Source: the human T2T-CHM13v2.0 reference genome, Homo sapiens
Assembly (NCBI RefSeq): GCF_009914755.1
Contig: NC_060926.1
DNA length: 64,000 bases
Strand: one strand, 5' to 3'
Numbering within the stretch: position 1 is the stretch's first letter; every line of letters starts with the position of its first letter. The translations under genes were made by a program, and so were the position numbers. Under the pieces are notes generated by a model. That model did not search any database, was not told the origin of the DNA, and saw only the letters and a list, made by a program, of their open reading frames with translations. Below, piece after piece: positions 59,777 through 64,000 of the stretch.

Positions 59777-60446
59777 GCAGAGGCGGCCGCCGGCCCGGCC
59801 GCCCTGAGTCCGATTTCCCTCCTTCCCTGACCCTTCAGTTTCACTGCAAATCCACAGAAGCAGGTTTGCGAGCTCGAATACCTTTGCTCCACTGCCACAC
59901 GCAGCACCGGGACTGGGCGTCTGGAGCTTAAGTCTGGGGGTCTGAGCCTGGGACCGGCAAATCCGCGCAGCGCATCGCGCCCAGTCTCGGAGACTGCAAC
60001 CACCGCCAAGGAGTACGCGCGGCAGGAAACTTCTGCGGCCCAATTTCTTCCCCAGCTTTGGCATCTCCGAAGGCACGTACCCGCCCTCGGCACAAGCTCT
60101 CTCGTCTTCCACTTCGACCTCGAGGTGGAGAAAGAGGCTGGCAAGGGCTGTGCGCGTCGCTGGTGTGGGGAGGGCAGCAGGCTGCCCCTCCCCGCTTCTG
60201 CAGCGAGTTTTCCCAGCCAGGAAAAGGGAGGGAGCTGTTTCAGGAATTTCAGTGCCTTCACCTAGCGACTGACACAAGTCGTGTGTATAGGAAGGCGTCT
60301 GGCTGTTTCGGGACTCACCAGAGAGCATCGCCAACCAGAACGGCCCACCCGGGGTGTCGAGTCTTGGTAGGGAAATCAGACACAGCTGCACTCCCGGCCC
60401 GCGGGCCTTGTGGCATATAACCATTTATATATTTATGATTTCTAAT

Positions 60447-60452
60447 TTTATT
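60447..60452 (-). terminator. SIX2 distal poly(A) signal AATAAA
   Basis: TTTATT on the + strand, inside an AT-rich block about 0.95 kb beyond the SIX2 stop. Confidence 0.75.
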
Positions 60453-60766
60453 ATAAAATAAAAGCAGAAATATTTCCCGAAGAACATTCACATGAGGGCA
60501 TTACGGGGAGACGGCAAGTCGGCGGCTCGGGGGGCGCGCTCAGCCGGGAGCGCTGTAGTCACAGTCCCGGGAGGAAGAGCGCGGTGTGGCGGGGCCTCGC
60601 CAAGAGAGAAGGAGGAGGGGCGTATGACGAGGCGGCGTTTAGGGGCTTCTGTGGCGCTGCCCTTTCTCTCTCACTTAAGTTACTAGACGAAAAGCTGACA
60701 CCTGCAGCTCCCACTGACCCACATGGGCGAGGGAAAAGGCCTCAGGAGATGGCCTAGGTTCAAAGT

Positions 60767-60961
60767 CCCTGTCTTTTCTCTCCTCTTCCCTCTCCCACCC
60801 CCTACTCCGGTAAAGCGAGGGCCAGAGGTAGGGGCAGATAGACCACCAGTCAGGAGGAGAAAGACAGGGGTACATACGGAGGGACCAGGACACAGAGTAC
60901 AAGAGACTGGCAGGAGAGAAGAGAGGAGAAACAGAGAAGGAGAGAGAAAGGGAGAGACAGA
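60767..60961 (+). repeat. Copy B of the direct duplication, inside the SIX2 3' UTR
   Basis: Aligns with copy A at 59585-59776. Confidence 0.92.
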
Positions 60962-61395
60962 AGGAGAGAATGAACGGTGGCAAGCTAGAAATCTAGAAGG
61001 AAAGCAATACAAGGAGAGGGAGAAAGACAGAAAGCAGAAAAAAGAAAAGAGAAGGAAGGGAAAGGAAGAGGAAAGGGGGAAAAGGCAAGACAAGAGAGGG
61101 TAAAAGGAAGAGACAGAGGGAGAGAGAGAATGACAGTGGTGTATAATTTATTCCCTTCTGTGGTTCAAGACTCAGTCTCCAGCCCCAAAAGGATCCTAAA
61201 AGTAACTTGTTGAAAATAAATCCCAAACAAGAACCAACATAGACAGCTATCTGCCCTACCCGGCTGTTCTACCCGCTCAGCCTGCGGGTCTTTCAGTACC
61301 TGGTGGGGCCGCAGGGGCGGGGCGCCCCTGGACACCGCCACTCCACGTCCCCAGTGTCAAGTCACAAAAGGCAAGCTCATCAAGGCAAATGGGTT

Positions 61396-61776
<381 letters not shown>

Positions 61777-63769
61777 TCACAGTCAGAGCCAGCCACCAGC
61801 CTCGGGAGACAGATCCCGGGCTTGTGGCCTGCGGGTGTTTTCGGTTTCTACCATTTCCTCGACCTGGTCTGGGTTCTCCTTTCTGCCCGTTCTCTCCATC
61901 TCTCAACACCCAATTTCTCTTGCCCCTCTGCCCTTATCGTCCCCACCTCTCATGCTGTCAATCTCATCAATATCTTTTCTATATTTCCTCTTTCCCCCCT
62001 TCCCCAATATTTCTTTTCAGGAACAGAGGTGCAGGAGAACAGGGTTCCCTGAAGTTGTGGGGTGAGCCGGGAGGAAGAGACGATGCCTGGATTTTCAGAT
62101 CACTCTAGGCTCCACAAGCCAGGTTTGCTGGGTAGATGTGGGGCTAGGAGGTTAAGGAACCCTGGATCCCAGGTCAAGGGATTTAGGGCCTCTCACAAGC
62201 CTTCATTTCCCTTTGCTTTTTCTGCCCGAGGGAGACCCCTGGCTGGGAGACAGGCTCCTGGGGCTAAGCGTCCTTTCCCTGTAGCTCCAAACTGGGCAGC
62301 CCTGTGAGGGCTCTCCTTGCTGGGCCTAGAGACAAGGGTCCAAGGATGGAGGACTCCCTTTCCGTGGTGGTACAGTGAAAACGTCAGCTCGGAGACCAGA
62401 AGCTTGGGGGATAAAGGGCAGCCCCTGGGAGAAGGCCGAGGCTTTTCCATTGTAACCAGCCACTCCGGGAATCTGCAGCTCTCATCTGGGGCCTGGTCTG
62501 AGAACCCAGGTTTTCAGGAGTCTGATCACATGCCGGTTTGGGTGGAGGGGGACCCAGCAGAGAGAACCCACCTCCTTCTATGCCTTTGACTGACAGCTCC
62601 TCCCCAGATTTGGATATTTAAAATCCTGGGTAGGATCTCTTGTCACCAGCTTCGGGAGGGTTTTTCTTTCTGCTTTCCTGGGAGGGAGCTTCCCACAGGG
62701 CTGGCAGCTGAGACCTCACCACTGTGGAAACTCCAACCTCAGGGTCTCAGATACCTGGAAGTATCTGAGCCTGCAGCACTCCCCCTAAGATGTTTCTGGT
62801 TCAGCACCCTCACCTCTGACCCTGATCATTCAAACTCAGGGTGGAACACACCCCATATCACCAACCCCAGGTGTCCTGTTTTGCTCTTACCCCGGGCTGG
62901 ATTCTGTTCCCATAATAAGTTTCTCTCCAGGTTTGAGGTCCTGAGGGGTTATAGGGCAGGCAGTGGCAAGGGCCTAATGATCAACCTTTAGGCTGGTTCA
63001 GGAAGTCCTGGTTTACCTGAGCACATCCAACTCCCAGCCCCTCTGTGCCTCTCAGCTCACCGCAGACATTCCGACCTACCCATCAGAGGTAGGGCCCAAG
63101 GAGAGAGGCATCAAGGGCCTGGAGTGCCAGGGAAGGGCGGCTATCTCTAGCAAGGCAGAAAACAGGGCATGCGTCTCTTCTCTCCCAGAACTGACACTTC
63201 CTCCCTTTCACCTCTGGATCCTTTCTAAGGAGATAAAGGACCCGCTCTCAACTCCATGTGACAACGAAAATTCATGGCCTGGCTTTTCCCCATCCAGGTC
63301 ATTCTAGGGAAGTTCCAGCCCCAGTCCCGACCCCATCACACTTTGGCCTGGAGCTAAGGCTGGGGGGAAATGCCGGGAAGCACCACCAGCAAGAAATCTG
63401 CAAATCCCCTTTCATCTGGGCTCAAACCCCTCTGTCCTGAGGATGACCAGACCTACTGTGCCTGCCTCACAGGGGATACAGGCCCACAGTTCTGCGCTGC
63501 CCCGAAGCTCTCTGCTTCTCCACCCTTTTCCTCTAGCGACCGAGTAGTTAGTTGACAACTTCCTGAATTGCTCTGCCCGCTTTAGACAAATCCCTGCTCG
63601 CCGGGTCTCCGGCATAGAAAGGCCTAAGCATCGTCCAAGTCAGGCCGGGCTGCCGCTGGGCTGTGGCCGGGCCTGGGGGCCCAGTTTAGGCCTCTCCGGG
63701 GGACCGGCAGAAGCCCTGCGAACCCCTCCCTTGGGCCCCGGGGAGCTGGCGCCGAAGAAGGTCTACTTA

Positions 63770-64000
<231 letters not shown>

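Larger units (their letters stand above)
59190..60660. promoter_or_regulatory. CpG island spanning the SIX2 3' end
   Basis: Dense CpGs interrupted by the AT-rich poly(A) block. Confidence 0.7.
60425..61395 (-). other. SIX2: SIX2 3' UTR (end approximate)
   Basis: Lies between the TAG stop (61396-61398) and the distal poly(A) signal. Confidence 0.75.

Noticed and set aside
59620-61103. Similar peptides in ORFs at 59620-60424 and 60675-61093 suggesting paralogous genes
   Set aside because: They are explained by the non-coding 190-bp direct duplication.

Overview
Human (or great-ape) genomic DNA from the convergent SIX3/SIX2 homeobox gene pair, recognised as chr2p21. The window starts at the last codons and 3' UTR of SIX3 (+ strand) and ends inside exon 1 of SIX2 (- strand), with about 59 kb of non-coding DNA between them. 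That interval holds several CpG islands, putative enhancer cores, about 25 Alus, MaLR LTRs, MIR/L2/L1 and hAT fragments, and a KRTCAP2 processed pseudogene. The top observation is a ~245-bp inverted duplication (35807-36051 / 37435-37680; 9 differences in 246 columns). It brackets a 1.38-kb cassette carrying a near-consensus CTCF motif and a cluster of posterior-HOX motifs, so it is a candidate invertible element in the SIX3/SIX2 domain-boundary region. Also notable: divergent CTCF motifs, a ~190-bp direct duplication spanning the SIX2 poly(A) site, in-frame tandem splice donors at SIX2 exon 1, and a templated hairpin insertion in the pseudogene. Most ORFs in the supplied track are spurious. 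Repeat subfamily calls and repeat/CpG-island boundaries were made by eye and are approximate.
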